DNA of 64,000 bases from Gammaproteobacteria bacterium (GCA_965238175.1 CBDEGZ010000003.1:3104001-3168000), one strand, 5' to 3'. Counted from the stretch's first letter, positions 45,964 to 56,212 are shown. Translations and numbers: made by a program. The notes: generated by a model not told the origin, from the sequence alone.

Positions 45964-46582
45964 GTTTTCTCCTTCTGATTATAGAATAGGCGCTAGTTTA
46001 ATGAATCCTATGACATCCATCCAATTCATCGACAAAATCGCACCCATTGACGAGAGCCAGCAGCTACTGGTCATTGATCGGCAAAATGTACTGATCGAGC
46101 TTGCAGAAAATGAAATGGGCAAAAAAATTCCACAGATTGAGATCACATTTGATCTTTCAGGCCGAACCGCCGGCATGTATTGTTCGCATAAACGTCAACG
46201 ATGGATCCGCTACAACCCATATATTTTCGCCAAGTATTTTGAGGAGAATTTTGCCACAACTATTCCCCATGAAATTGCACATTACCTGGTTGATCATATT
46301 TATAGATTACGACGTGCTCCGCATGGAAAAGAGTGGCAGTCGATGATGCATCTTTTAGGTTGTGAACCAGAAACAACACATAAATTTGATCTGGAAGGGG
46401 TGCCCGTAAAACGTCAACAACGACACCTTTATCGTTGCAGTTGTCAGGAACATAAACTAAGCAGCACCCGCCATAACCGTGCTCAAGCTAACGGTGTTCG
46501 AGGGCGAAAAAAACAAAATTATTTCTGTAGAAATTGTCGTGAAGTTTTAGTTTACGTTGAGGGAAATATCTCAAATGGGTGA
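45962..46582 (+). CDS. SprT-like zinc metalloprotease
   Basis: GRTAG, PHEIAH, PHGKEWQ, YRCSC, CRNC; real start may be a later ATG (46001 or 46010). Confidence 0.85.
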   Translation: MFSPSDYRIGASLMNPMTSIQFIDKIAPIDESQQLLVIDRQNVLIELAENEMGKKIPQIEITFDLSGRTAGMYCSHKRQRWIRYNPYIFAKYFEENFATTIPHEIAHYLVDHIYRLRRAPHGKEWQSMMHLLGCEPETTHKFDLEGVPVKRQQRHLYRCSCQEHKLSSTRHNRAQANGVRGRKKQNYFCRNCREVLVYVEGNISNG

Positions 46583-46760
46583 TGTGATCAAATTCCGAAA
46601 ACCGTCACTTGCTGACAAGGCCAAAGCTCACACGATGTGTAAACGTGGATTTCATAAATGGAAGGTTGTGACAGAACAAAAATTCGATGTGAAGCAAGGA
46701 CGACTTATTACTCTGTCGCGCTGTTCACGTTGTGGCAAAGAAAAAACAGATGCTGTTTAG
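46575..46760 (+). CDS. small putative zinc-ribbon protein
   Basis: MGDVIKF...CKRGFHKW...RCSRCGK; overlaps the sprT 3' end. Confidence 0.7.
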   Translation: MGDVIKFRKPSLADKAKAHTMCKRGFHKWKVVTEQKFDVKQGRLITLSRCSRCGKEKTDAV

Positions 46761-46840
46761 AGACCCTTGCTCGGAAGAATGTTTTACTTCCATGCAAGAC
46801 AAAAACACGCGTAAAGAAGGAATTTATACTTCATATAATC

Positions 46841-48066
46841 TGTAGAAGTTTAGACCCAATCTGACACATCACTAAATCAAGCGGAGCGTAGCGACGCTTG
46901 ATTTAGTGAGAGTTACCCGCTTTGATGTAACTGCAACGTAAACATCAAAACACAAAGAGGTAACTCTCATGATTCATACTAATGACAAAGTTATAAAACA
47001 TAAAGTTGGTCTACTCAATCTCGCTGAAGAACTCGGCAATGTCTCAAAAGCCTGCAAGATGATGGGTTTGTCCAGAGATACATTTTATCGCTACAAAGAA
47101 GCGGCTGATGAAGGCGGTGTAGAAGCCTTGTTTGATCGTAATCGGCGTACCCCAAATCTTAAAAACAGAATCGACCCGGCTATTGAAACCGTTGTGCTCG
47201 AGTATGCACTGGAAGAGCCCGCACATGGTCAAACGCGCACCAGTAACGAGCTGCGCAAACGGGGAACATTTGTCTCACCCAGTGGCGTTCGTTGTATCTG
47301 GCTTCGTCATGGTCTTGCTTGCTTTAAAGATCGCCTGAAGGCATTGTCTGATAAGGTAGCTGGTGAAGGCTTGATCCTCACTGAGTCTCAAGTCGCGGCG
47401 ATGGAACGCAAAAAAGACGACGATGAGGCTTGTGGCGAGATAGAAACGGCACACCCTGGTTATCTTGGCTCGCAAGATACTTACTATGTCGGTACTTTCA
47501 AAGGCATTGGTCGGGTTTATCAACAAACGTTTGTTGATACTTACAGCAAGGTCGCTCACGCGAAACTGTACCCGACTAAAACACCGATTACGGCAGCTGA
47601 CATGCTCAATGACCGCGTCCTCCCATTCTACGAACAACAACGTTTGCCTATGTTGCGCATTTTGACAGATAGAGGGACGGAGTATTGTGGGCGAGCTGAC
47701 CAGCATGATTATCAGCTTTATATGGCGTTGAACAATATCGAACACACCAAAACCAAGGTCAAATCACCTCAGACGAATGGTATTTGTGAGCGATTCCATA
47801 AGACGATCCTCAATGAGTTTTATCAAGTCGCTTTGCGTAAGAAAATTTACCAATCGATTGATGAACTGCAACTCGACCTTGACGAATGGTTGCTCAAATA
47901 CAATACTCAACGAACTCACCAAGGCAAAATGTGCTGCGGGAGGACGCCGATGGAAACACTCATCGACGGACAAGCTATCTGGAAGGAAAAGTTTGTGAAT
48001 TAAACTTAACCTGACAGTCGGTTACTGATAATTGGGTAACTGTCAGATCAAATCTGAATTTCTACA
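46841..48066 (+). mobile_element. IS481-family insertion sequence, complete
   Basis: TGT...ACA ends; 26-bp imperfect IRs (20/26); 7-bp direct repeat TATAATC at 46834-46840 and 48067-48073. Confidence 0.92.
46969..48003 (+). CDS. IS481-family transposase
   Basis: LAEELGNVSKACK HTH; DDE triad QDTY..TDRGTEY..NGICERF. Confidence 0.95.
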   Translation: MIHTNDKVIKHKVGLLNLAEELGNVSKACKMMGLSRDTFYRYKEAADEGGVEALFDRNRRTPNLKNRIDPAIETVVLEYALEEPAHGQTRTSNELRKRGTFVSPSGVRCIWLRHGLACFKDRLKALSDKVAGEGLILTESQVAAMERKKDDDEACGEIETAHPGYLGSQDTYYVGTFKGIGRVYQQTFVDTYSKVAHAKLYPTKTPITAADMLNDRVLPFYEQQRLPMLRILTDRGTEYCGRADQHDYQLYMALNNIEHTKTKVKSPQTNGICERFHKTILNEFYQVALRKKIYQSIDELQLDLDEWLLKYNTQRTHQGKMCCGRTPMETLIDGQAIWKEKFVN

Positions 48067-48154
48067 TATAATCGATTGAGCATGTTTGTACCAACTGTAG
48101 GCACTTTAGGCGCCGCCGCTTGAGGACAAAATAGCTTGCGTGTAATGGTCTCGT

Positions 48155-49372
48155 TTAGATTTTTCTGAACACTAAAGACGCGTTCGTCCCACCAAAACCA
48201 AAACTATTTGACATAACTGTTGTTAATCCTGCATTTTCGATCAGTTCTTGAACAATCGGCATACCTTCAGCACCAGGATCTAGCTCAGTAATATTTGCCG
48301 AGGCAGATAGGAAATCATTTTCCAACATCAGTAAGGAATAAATCGCTTCATTAATGCCTGCGGCACCTTGAGCATGTCCCGTCAGTGATTTTGTTGAACT
48401 GATCTTAGGAATACTCTGACCTTCAAATGCTTGTTTAACCGCATCAAGCTCAACTGTATCACCCGCAGGCGTAGCAGTACCATGTGCATTAATGTAGTCA
48501 ATGTCACCCTCAAGATCAGCTTTGGCCAGTTTCATACAATTTACCGCACCAACGCCAGAAGGTTTAACCATATCCTCACCATCGGATGCTGCGCCATAAC
48601 CGACTATCTCTGCGTAGATTTTCACACCACGTGCTTTAGCATGTTCATACTCTTCCAGAACTAGTGAACCACCACCAGCAGAAATAACAAATCCATCTCG
48701 GTTGGCATCGTAAGGTCGAGAAGCTATCGTTGGATCTTCATTATATTTGGATGACAAAGCACCCATTGCGTCAAACAAAATTGTCAACGACCAGTGTAAT
48801 TCTTCACCGCCGCCTGCGAACATGACATCCTGTTTACCCATTTGGATCAATTCTGCAGCATTACCAATGCAGTGCGCGCTGGTAGCACAAGCTGAACTGA
48901 TGCTATAACTGGTACCTTTGATTTTAAATACCGTGCTCAAATTTGCACTGGTGGTACTGCCCATAGCTCTTGGAACTAACGTTGGCGGTACTTTTCGCGC
49001 ACCGCGTTCACGCAGAGTGTCTACAGCTAATAAAATATTTTCATTAGAAGCTCCGCCTGAACCGGTGATCAAACCGGTACGCACGTTGGAAATATCACTT
49101 TCTTCCAAACCCGAATCTTCAATCGCTTGCGCCAACGCGATATAGTTATAAGCAGCGGCATTGCCCATAAAACGCATTAACTTGCGATCTACGAATTCAG
49201 TTGGGTCTAAATTGATGGATCCGTGGATATGAGAGCGAAAACCAAGATCAGCATATTCCTGACAAAATTCTATGCCTGATCGTCCTGTCCGAAGCGAAGC
49301 GGTAACCTCATCTTTGTTATTGCCAATGCTGGAAACAATACCCAAACCTGTTACGACAACTCTTCTCATCAC
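48155..49372 (-). CDS. fabB: beta-ketoacyl-ACP synthase I
   Basis: [30 protein letters not shown]; adjacent to fabA. Confidence 0.94.
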   Translation of the reverse strand: MMRRVVVTGLGIVSSIGNNKDEVTASLRTGRSGIEFCQEYADLGFRSHIHGSINLDPTEFVDRKLMRFMGNAAAYNYIALAQAIEDSGLEESDISNVRTGLITGSGGASNENILLAVDTLRERGARKVPPTLVPRAMGSTTSANLSTVFKIKGTSYSISSACATSAHCIGNAAELIQMGKQDVMFAGGGEELHWSLTILFDAMGALSSKYNEDPTIASRPYDANRDGFVISAGGGSLVLEEYEHAKARGVKIYAEIVGYGAASDGEDMVKPSGVGAVNCMKLAKADLEGDIDYINAHGTATPAGDTVELDAVKQAFEGQSIPKISSTKSLTGHAQGAAGINEAIYSLLMLENDFLSASANITELDPGAEGMPIVQELIENAGLTTVMSNSFGFGGTNASLVFRKI

Positions 49373-49379
49373 TTAACCC

Positions 49380-49907
49380 TTAAAAATCCTCGGTTGAGGT
49401 AAATAGCCCCACCTTCAAGTCTTTAGCAGCATAGATTTCTTTACCATCAACTTCCATCGTGGCATCCGCAACACCCATAAATAACTTACGCATAATTAAC
49501 CTTTTAATATCAATGCGATAAGTGATCATTTTATTTGTTGGCAAGACTTGCCCAGTAAATTTTACCTCGCCCGCACCTAGCGCTCGCCCCTTTCCAGGAC
49601 CTCCTCGCCAACCAAGATAGAAACCAACCAACTGCCACAATGCATCTAGCCCCAAACAACCTGGCATGACTGGATCACTGATAAAGTGACAATCGAAAAA
49701 CCAGAGATCGGGTTTAATATCTAATTCTGCAATAATTTGACCCTTACCTACGCTTCCGCCATCCGTCGTAATTGACAAAATTCGATCAAACATCAAAAAA
49801 GGTGGAGCTGGTAATCGCGCATTCCCTGGGCCAAAAAGCTTTCCTTCTGCGGATGCTATTAATTCTTCGTAACTAAACTGGTTTCTGCTTGTTAAATCTG
49901 CCGTCAT
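49380..49907 (-). CDS. fabA: 3-hydroxydecanoyl-ACP dehydratase/isomerase
   Basis: [20 protein letters not shown]. Confidence 0.95.
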   Translation of the reverse strand: MTADLTSRNQFSYEELIASAEGKLFGPGNARLPAPPFLMFDRILSITTDGGSVGKGQIIAELDIKPDLWFFDCHFISDPVMPGCLGLDALWQLVGFYLGWRGGPGKGRALGAGEVKFTGQVLPTNKMITYRIDIKRLIMRKLFMGVADATMEVDGKEIYAAKDLKVGLFTSTEDF

Positions 49908-50056
49908 CAGAATGCCGTTCCTTATTTCAAAATTTTCACAAATTTGTATTATAGATATATACGCATATTAACTCATAATCGTAATTCAAGGGTAATCATC
50001 CGTCACTTCAAATTTCTACTCGAAACTATGGATAACTTATGAAAGACTAGTCTGCT

Positions 50057-50887
50057 ATGAAACGATTACTTTCTCTTAATACTTGGCACATAGTTTTACG
50101 CTTTGTATTGTCTCTGACATTTCTGCACTATTTCCCTCAGGCAATTGCTGGGGAAACAAAAATTGCGGCTGCAGCGAGCCTGACTTTCGTATTGGAAGAA
50201 ATAGTCGAACAATTCGAGTCTGAGACTGGCAATAAAATCAAAATCAGCTTTGCTTCATCGGGAACGTTAACCCGACAAATCGAAAAAGGTGCGCCTTTCG
50301 AACTTTTTTTATCTGCTGATGAGACTTACGTAGATAGACTAATAAACCAAAATTTCACCCAGGGTAAATCTAATGTTTATGCCTTGGGACATCTAGTGAT
50401 TTTTCAACCTGGAACGGATCATTCACAGCAGTTAAATCAAGACCTTTTGTCACTTGATTCTGCGCTAGGAAATAATTTAATCACACATTTTTCGATACCT
50501 AATCCTGAACTAGCCCCCTATGGAAGAATCGCAAAACAAGCATTTCAGAATGCGGGTCTATGGGAAAAAATACTTCCCTTTTTGATCTATGGTGAAAGTG
50601 CATCTCAATCTGCAATGTTTGTGAAAAATCAATCTGTGGAAGGAGCTTTACTACCTGAATCGCTGGCTATTATTCTAAAACAGAAAGGGTTTGGAAATTA
50701 CCAATTACTGTCAACTGATCTTTACTCTGCATTAAATCAAAAAATGGTTTTATTAAACAACGCAGGTGCTGTCGCAAATACGTTTTATACTTATCTCCTA
50801 CAAGATAATGCTCAAAAAATATTTAAAAAAAATGGCTTCGGTTCTATAAATCCTGCATTAAACATAAAAAATATAGTGAAAAAATAA
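50057..50887 (+). CDS. modA: molybdate ABC transporter substrate-binding protein
   Basis: AAAASL, FASSG.L..QI..GAPFELFLSAD, PNPELAPYG. Confidence 0.9.
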   Translation: MKRLLSLNTWHIVLRFVLSLTFLHYFPQAIAGETKIAAAASLTFVLEEIVEQFESETGNKIKISFASSGTLTRQIEKGAPFELFLSADETYVDRLINQNFTQGKSNVYALGHLVIFQPGTDHSQQLNQDLLSLDSALGNNLITHFSIPNPELAPYGRIAKQAFQNAGLWEKILPFLIYGESASQSAMFVKNQSVEGALLPESLAIILKQKGFGNYQLLSTDLYSALNQKMVLLNNAGAVANTFYTYLLQDNAQKIFKKNGFGSINPALNIKNIVKK

Positions 50888-50889
50888 TT

Positions 50890-50949
50890 ATGGATTGGGC
50901 TTCGTTCTATTTCATCTTTAAACTCAGGGTACAGATATTGTCAACTTAG
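50890..50949 (+). pseudogene. truncated modB N-terminus
   Basis: ATG 2 nt after the modA stop: MDWASFYFIFKL..., resembling ModB starts (MDW...LSLKL); stop after 19 codons. Confidence 0.5.
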
Positions 50950-51166
50950 ATTGTTACTGCTCACTCTTAAGCTTATGCTTCCTTTTACAATAAATGGCTG
51001 GTTTTCGTTCTCCCTCGGACAATAAATTGAGCTTTGTATAACGATGGCAAGTCAACAGATATCGTTCAGTATCAATCAAGGTTGCCTTAGTTAATATAAT
51101 TTATGTTTCCATTATTCCCAATCACTAACATCTAAAATTTCAAAATATAGTGCCCTGTTTGATTTA

Positions 51167-51886
51167 CTATCTTCCCCTTAAATTAGGATTTGTTTCTGGT
51201 GTTTCTATAGTTGATTCGCTTTGTGGTCTGTTTTGTGAAATAAAATAAGGATTTTCATGTGCCAGTGCGATTAACATTACCGGGAATTTCTTAGCAATAT
51301 CTTCTCTTCTATGTGTGTATATAGCAGCACTTAAATATTCATCTAATGCAAAAAGATTCTTAGAAAATTCAGTTGCTAATAATTTCTTAGCACCTTCTAA
51401 TGTTAAAACATATGCATGTGAATTATATGAATGTCTAGGTGACATCCAAATATCTTCCACTTTATTTTCAAGAGTTTCTTTATCAATAATAGATCTACCT
51501 AAAAATATTAAATCCCAATCAACGGTTGGTTCATTTAATTCAGCAACACTTCCATTTGGATTAAAATCATCTTCTAATATTAAAGTCCTTTCAATACCTA
51601 ACTCTACAATTTTCTTCCAAACCATAATATGGCTAACTGAACATCCCACTTCTCCGGGGAGTACATCTCTAGACCACCATTTATTCCAATGGTCTTTACC
51701 TAAATTCCAGCCTGCATATTTTGACATGCCTTTCGGCATATCTCCCATTCTACCATCATACGCTTGCATAATTTCATAATCAGTCATCCCATCGAAATCA
51801 CATTCAGCTAAATTGGCAGATATTTTTTGTTGGGCCTCAACATGAGTAGCATCCAACGAAATTATGTATATTTTATCTAGCTTCAT
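51167..51886 (-). CDS. glycosyltransferase family 25 domain (probably the truncated part of a longer fusion)
   Basis: IYIISL, GEVGCSVSH..VW, LILEDD, HAYVLT..GAKKL, ALDEYL. Confidence 0.8.
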   Translation of the reverse strand: MKLDKIYIISLDATHVEAQQKISANLAECDFDGMTDYEIMQAYDGRMGDMPKGMSKYAGWNLGKDHWNKWWSRDVLPGEVGCSVSHIMVWKKIVELGIERTLILEDDFNPNGSVAELNEPTVDWDLIFLGRSIIDKETLENKVEDIWMSPRHSYNSHAYVLTLEGAKKLLATEFSKNLFALDEYLSAAIYTHRREDIAKKFPVMLIALAHENPYFISQNRPQSESTIETPETNPNLRGR

Positions 51887-52527
51887 CGTATTAATATATT
51901 TGTCCTTTTAATAATAATTGTTCGAACAATAATACTTTCCAATCTAAAACTCGTTCCATGTTTGTTTTTAGCACACTCATTTTCTTTGCTTTGTGCAATA
52001 CGATGTTACGTAACATCAGAAATTTAGAAATCTGCTTCTAGCATCGCTCGGTATAATGTTCTTTGATCGACGCTTCCTTTTAAAATCAACATCCATATTT
52101 AATAAAAATTCCATTATGTCTAAATGTATCTGAAAACATTTCTTCCTTAAATTCTTGACAATTTTTTAATAAATCAACAACGTTATGGTCTAAACCTAAC
52201 AACCATATGAATTTATTAATGTTTCTCTTTGGATATTCTATAAACGTAAAAGCACCAACACCATTTCCAATTATAAATGAACCACAATATATTGGCTAAG
52301 GAAATAAGAATGAAAAAATTAAATTATCCTTTACCCACTATATAGTTTCTTAAAAATGTGAATATAACTTCCATCACAATTATTGCAAAATAATGTTAAG
52401 AAAACCAATTCGAATGAGAACTTATATCGTAGACTTCTGATGAATCATCTCCGTTGAATACTATCCAATTCTTGTTCCAAAACAAGCATCAAATACTAGC
52501 AGAATAACAGCTGCATTTTTATAGGTT

Positions 52528-52633
52528 GGTTATACGATGAAAAAGATTGGCGATTACATTGAAAAACATTATACAATTATCAGCAGGGCGATTAAACTGA
52601 ATAAGTGGTCTGATATTGAAATATCTGGCCCTG
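52528..52633 (+). pseudogene. C-terminal HTH remnant of a Y1/RAYT-like transposase
   Basis: GYTMKKIGDYIEKHYTIISRAIK followed by ATATCTGGCCCT, resembling the AGACCTGACCCC end of such elements. Confidence 0.4.
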
Positions 52634-52903
52634 GACTTTGCTGAACTTCTTGTGGTTTTTTATCGATTCGTTTTATATTCAAGTTTTGTTTTTCGAACGA
52701 CTACTTTTCCAACAATATTAAAACCCGCTTGAGTTAGTCCAACATTTTTCGGTCACAGTTGGTTCGGTTTAGTTTTATTCAGTTCTGTATTTCAGTCAAA
52801 CGTTTTGTTTTAATTCCGGCTTTTAAAATTTCGAACTCAATTTATTTTCCGCCTAAGCTTTGTGGTCTTACGACTGTATTTCTGCATTAAAACCATTAGT
52901 TTA

Positions 52904-53024
52904 TATAAGAACAACAAGGGATTAAAATGCACTTGCTTTTCTATTTTAGCGGACTCTATATAAAATGAAACAGCATTGGGTTTATTACTTAACCCTTATT
53001 ATTCTTATACTCTGTTGGCGATAG
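52904..53024 (-). repeat. long imperfect hairpin directly after a stop codon (attC-like, Bacteroidetes-type repeat)
   Basis: Minus strand: TAA-CTATCGCCAAA-like start (CTATCGCCAAC); arms TATAAGAATAATAAGGGTTAA / TTAATCCCTTGTTGTTCTTATA. Confidence 0.45.
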
Positions 53025-54170
53025 TTATTCTTCTGTTTTACATTCATAATTTTTATCAAGGATAATATCAACTCCGTGTTCGGTGTCCCAACTACACTTA
53101 AAGTATAGTTTCAATCCATTTATATTTTCAGTGAATATTATATTTTCTAAACATAAATTTCGTTTTAAAAACTCTTTATTACTATAAGTTGTATTATGTA
53201 ATGTTTCTATTTCTATTTTGGCATATCTGTAATAAATAGCATCTGCGTATGCTCCACCATTTCCAAAAGTGTAATGTTCAAAAAAAGAGAGTAATTTTTG
53301 CTCTACCCTTTTTTTGTTACTCACAAGATTTTTCAATATTTTTAAATTAAAGTCACCTTCATTACATACAATGTTAACTTTCGAGTTATCGGTGTATGGC
53401 TTTTCGTAGTATTGATAGACATCTGAATTATCTTCCCATTCTATGGTGCTATCTGGGTCAGAGAAATTTTCTGGATTGTATAAATCATAATACATATTCC
53501 AATCTTTACACATAAAATTTTTTATACTTGCTTCTTCCTTTTCTTTTAGTTCTGTTTCTAGATCTTTATAAAAGTTAGGATTTGAAATCTTAAGATTTTC
53601 TTCTAAATATTTGGCTTTTTCTTCTTTTTGTCTTTCCGCATCAATTAATTCTTGTAATTTTTCAACAGATACTTCTATTGGCTTACACTCAAATAAATTG
53701 TTTGGATTGTTTTCTATTGAAAAATCGAAAGTAATATCCATTTCAGTATCCAAGCCAAGTAACATAAAATATTCTTTATAAAATGCTGAATGTTTTGGTT
53801 CAAAAATACCAACAAGTTGCAACATTTGAGATTCTGTAATTACAATCCAATAAATCCTAAAATGAAAATTTTTATCATCCCAATTGTAAGTATAAACTTT
53901 GCATTCTGATACTTTTGTGTGCAATTCCCAGTTTTCTGCTCGGTCTCTATGAAATATTTTTTCAGCCAATGTTCTATATTCTTCTCCAATTTCTGAAATG
54001 GTGCATTGGTAATTTTCCACATTTTCCACATTTTCAATACTTGCAATATATTGTGCATTATTGCTGTCTTCTTTTAATAAAGATGTTTTTTTTGTCAATA
54101 CTAAACGATTTCCTTCCACTTCTTGGGTATCATAATAACTCGGTAAATAAAGTGTTATGGGTTTTTTCAT
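53025..54170 (-). CDS. hypothetical protein with C-terminal CSWDxEHG (DUF6985-like, immunity-type) domain
   Basis: 381-aa AT-rich ORF ending YFKCSWDTEHGVDIIL. Confidence 0.65.
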   Translation of the reverse strand: MKKPITLYLPSYYDTQEVEGNRLVLTKKTSLLKEDSNNAQYIASIENVENVENYQCTISEIGEEYRTLAEKIFHRDRAENWELHTKVSECKVYTYNWDDKNFHFRIYWIVITESQMLQLVGIFEPKHSAFYKEYFMLLGLDTEMDITFDFSIENNPNNLFECKPIEVSVEKLQELIDAERQKEEKAKYLEENLKISNPNFYKDLETELKEKEEASIKNFMCKDWNMYYDLYNPENFSDPDSTIEWEDNSDVYQYYEKPYTDNSKVNIVCNEGDFNLKILKNLVSNKKRVEQKLLSFFEHYTFGNGGAYADAIYYRYAKIEIETLHNTTYSNKEFLKRNLCLENIIFTENINGLKLYFKCSWDTEHGVDIILDKNYECKTEE

Positions 54171-54496
54171 TTTAATTTTATTTTATTTTTTACATAAGCC
54201 GAAAATCCTTTGTCAGAAAAATCTACAGGAATCCAATCGCTCGTATCAATATCAAAAGTGTTGAATGCGGTTTTATGGCTTAAATAATTGGGGTGTTTTT
54301 CTATTGGAAGCTGATAGGCATAATGACAATCTTCCAATACAGAGAGCACTCTAAAACGGGTAAAGCTCGTATCATGCATATCGTGAAAACGATATAGACT
54401 ATAGATCAAATCTCGTTTTTTATTAGCTAATAAATCTGCTCGATCTAGCAAATTAATGGCGTCTTCAATGATATCTTCTACTTGATGGTATGACAT
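54167..54496 (-). CDS. hypothetical protein (possibly truncated)
   Basis: 109-aa ORF with ATGA overlap onto the next gene. Confidence 0.55.
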   Translation of the reverse strand: MSYHQVEDIIEDAINLLDRADLLANKKRDLIYSLYRFHDMHDTSFTRFRVLSVLEDCHYAYQLPIEKHPNYLSHKTAFNTFDIDTSDWIPVDFSDKGFSAYVKNKIKLK

Positions 54497-54507
54497 AATT
54501 TTTAATT

Positions 54508-54993
54508 TCAGTCGTTATTTAGTTTATATTTTTCTATTAAGGACTTTGTAATTATATTAGCGATGATCAAACCTTCAGGGTCTTCTGTTTCCCAAATACT
54601 ATTTTCACCTTCTTTGTCAGGATGTTTAGATAAAAAATCCAACAAATTTTTAAAGCTATATTTGTTTTTCTTTAAATTATCAACATCGTCAACGAGTTCT
54701 AAATATTCTATACAAATTTCATTTAGTTCATTTAAAAATTCAATTATTCTTCCATTAACTAAGGTTTCTTTTCTTTCCAGAAGGTCGATTAATTCTTTAA
54801 CCGCAAAAGGTGCTAAATAACTGCTCCCTCCTTGATGCTCTATTTCTAGTTCAATATGATGCAGTGCCTTTTCCTGTTCTTTTAAATCACCATTTTCTAG
54901 CGTGGCTAAATGCTCTAGTACAAAATCACCATAGTGATACCACCCAAATATGGATTCCCAAGGAATTTCTGATTTTAAAAGTTTTCTTGTCAT
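54508..54993 (-). CDS. hypothetical alpha-helical protein (immunity-type)
   Basis: 161-aa acidic ORF: IPW...IEHQG....APFAV..LIDLL. Confidence 0.6.
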   Translation of the reverse strand: MTRKLLKSEIPWESIFGWYHYGDFVLEHLATLENGDLKEQEKALHHIELEIEHQGGSSYLAPFAVKELIDLLERKETLVNGRIIEFLNELNEICIEYLELVDDVDNLKKNKYSFKNLLDFLSKHPDKEGENSIWETEDPEGLIIANIITKSLIEKYKLNND

Positions 54994-55175
54994 TTTTAAT
55001 ATAATGTAGCATATCTGCGCCTAGTCCCTTTGATACTCAGTGTTTGAGACTACCCAGATGATAAGATAGTAAGATTATGATGTTCGTTTGACTTCGCCAT
55101 GCATATTGTATTGGGTTCACCGACTGAGAAAGCAAGCTGTCTTTAGAATATCTGACTAGTACTGAGGAAGAAATG

Positions 55176-55671
55176 TTAGCCTAACATATGTTGTTTTAAT
55201 TTTTCATAAGGTGCTCTGCTCATGTGTGTAAAATGGGGTCTAAGGAAATTATAATAGCTCTCCCATTGAGCGAGCCTTTTACAGAACTCTACATCTCCAC
55301 TGTAGATAAAATTCATGCTGTTCGGTAAAGTGAGAGTGTTCTACTTTACCGTTTAATCGTGGTCTAGCGGGTTCGGTATAAGCATGGATCATACCGAGCT
55401 CTGAAACATGCCAATGAAACCTGGTTTGAAATTCATGTCCATTGTCGGTACGGATAGTTTTAATTCGGAAGGGAAGTTTATCCACCACGTATTTAATGAA
55501 ATCACTCGAATTAGCTTGCGTGTGTTGTCCAGGCACTTTCTTTTCGTAACGTTTAAACTTACTCCGTGAACGTTTCTTGATGTTTTTAGGGAGCCTGATT
55601 TAGCTTGTTTCTGAGTAAGACTTAGTAACACCTAGTTTTCTTGTAATATCGTGTTGTGCTTTTCGATTCAT
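55176..55671 (-). pseudogene. degraded IS481-family transposase
   Basis: N-terminal MNRKAQHDITRKL after RBS AGGAG; core FRIKTIRTDNGHEFQ..PRLNGKVE; C-terminal WESYYNFLRPH...PYEKLK in another frame; stops and an internal deletion. Confidence 0.8.
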
Positions 55672-56212
55672 GTTCTCGACTCCTAAAATAAGCTGTTGAC
55701 AGTATAATCTGTCTGCCTAAGTCGAAATTTTTATAGGCTGCCCCCTTAATTTTCGCTCAAGATCTGAGCCTGTGTTTTTGACCGTACCTCCAATCTTTCA
55801 GCAGTTACATTACATGGCCTATTTTTTGCCTGCAAGTAAAAAGCTGTGCAAAGATGGCATATGATTGTCTGTTTTCATTTTATTAAGTGCATTTTCAACA
55901 CGTGTCTGCAACCAGTTTAGCTATAGATATAACAAGGCTTAGAACGTGTGTGCAGGGACAATCCGTAGCATGTACAGGGCACATTTATTGCTTAGAGTAC
56001 GACTTAGCCTTTAAGGCTACAAACTGCACAATATGACATGTTAGATCTAGCAACTGTTATCTTTGTTAAGAAATGTAGTTAGCTTATGGTGTTAGTAGAA
56101 TGTTTTTTATAGTAATAATCTGCTATAAGCTCATAAAGGATTACTATTTAATGGCTCAGTTCTTACACTTTGACCTAGCCCTTATTTTAAAACGATATGT
56201 GAGGAATATTTT

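Larger units (their letters stand above)
46760..48152. mobile_element. degenerate GAGACC-family MITE interrupted by IS481
   Basis: Left part GAGACCCTTGCTCG...GGAATTTATACT aligns with the 42837 element; right end TGTAATGGTCTC at 48141-48152. Confidence 0.6.

Noticed and set aside
49940-49970. ModE-box-like TATAGATATATACG upstream of modA
   Set aside because: Only a half-site match in AT-rich DNA.
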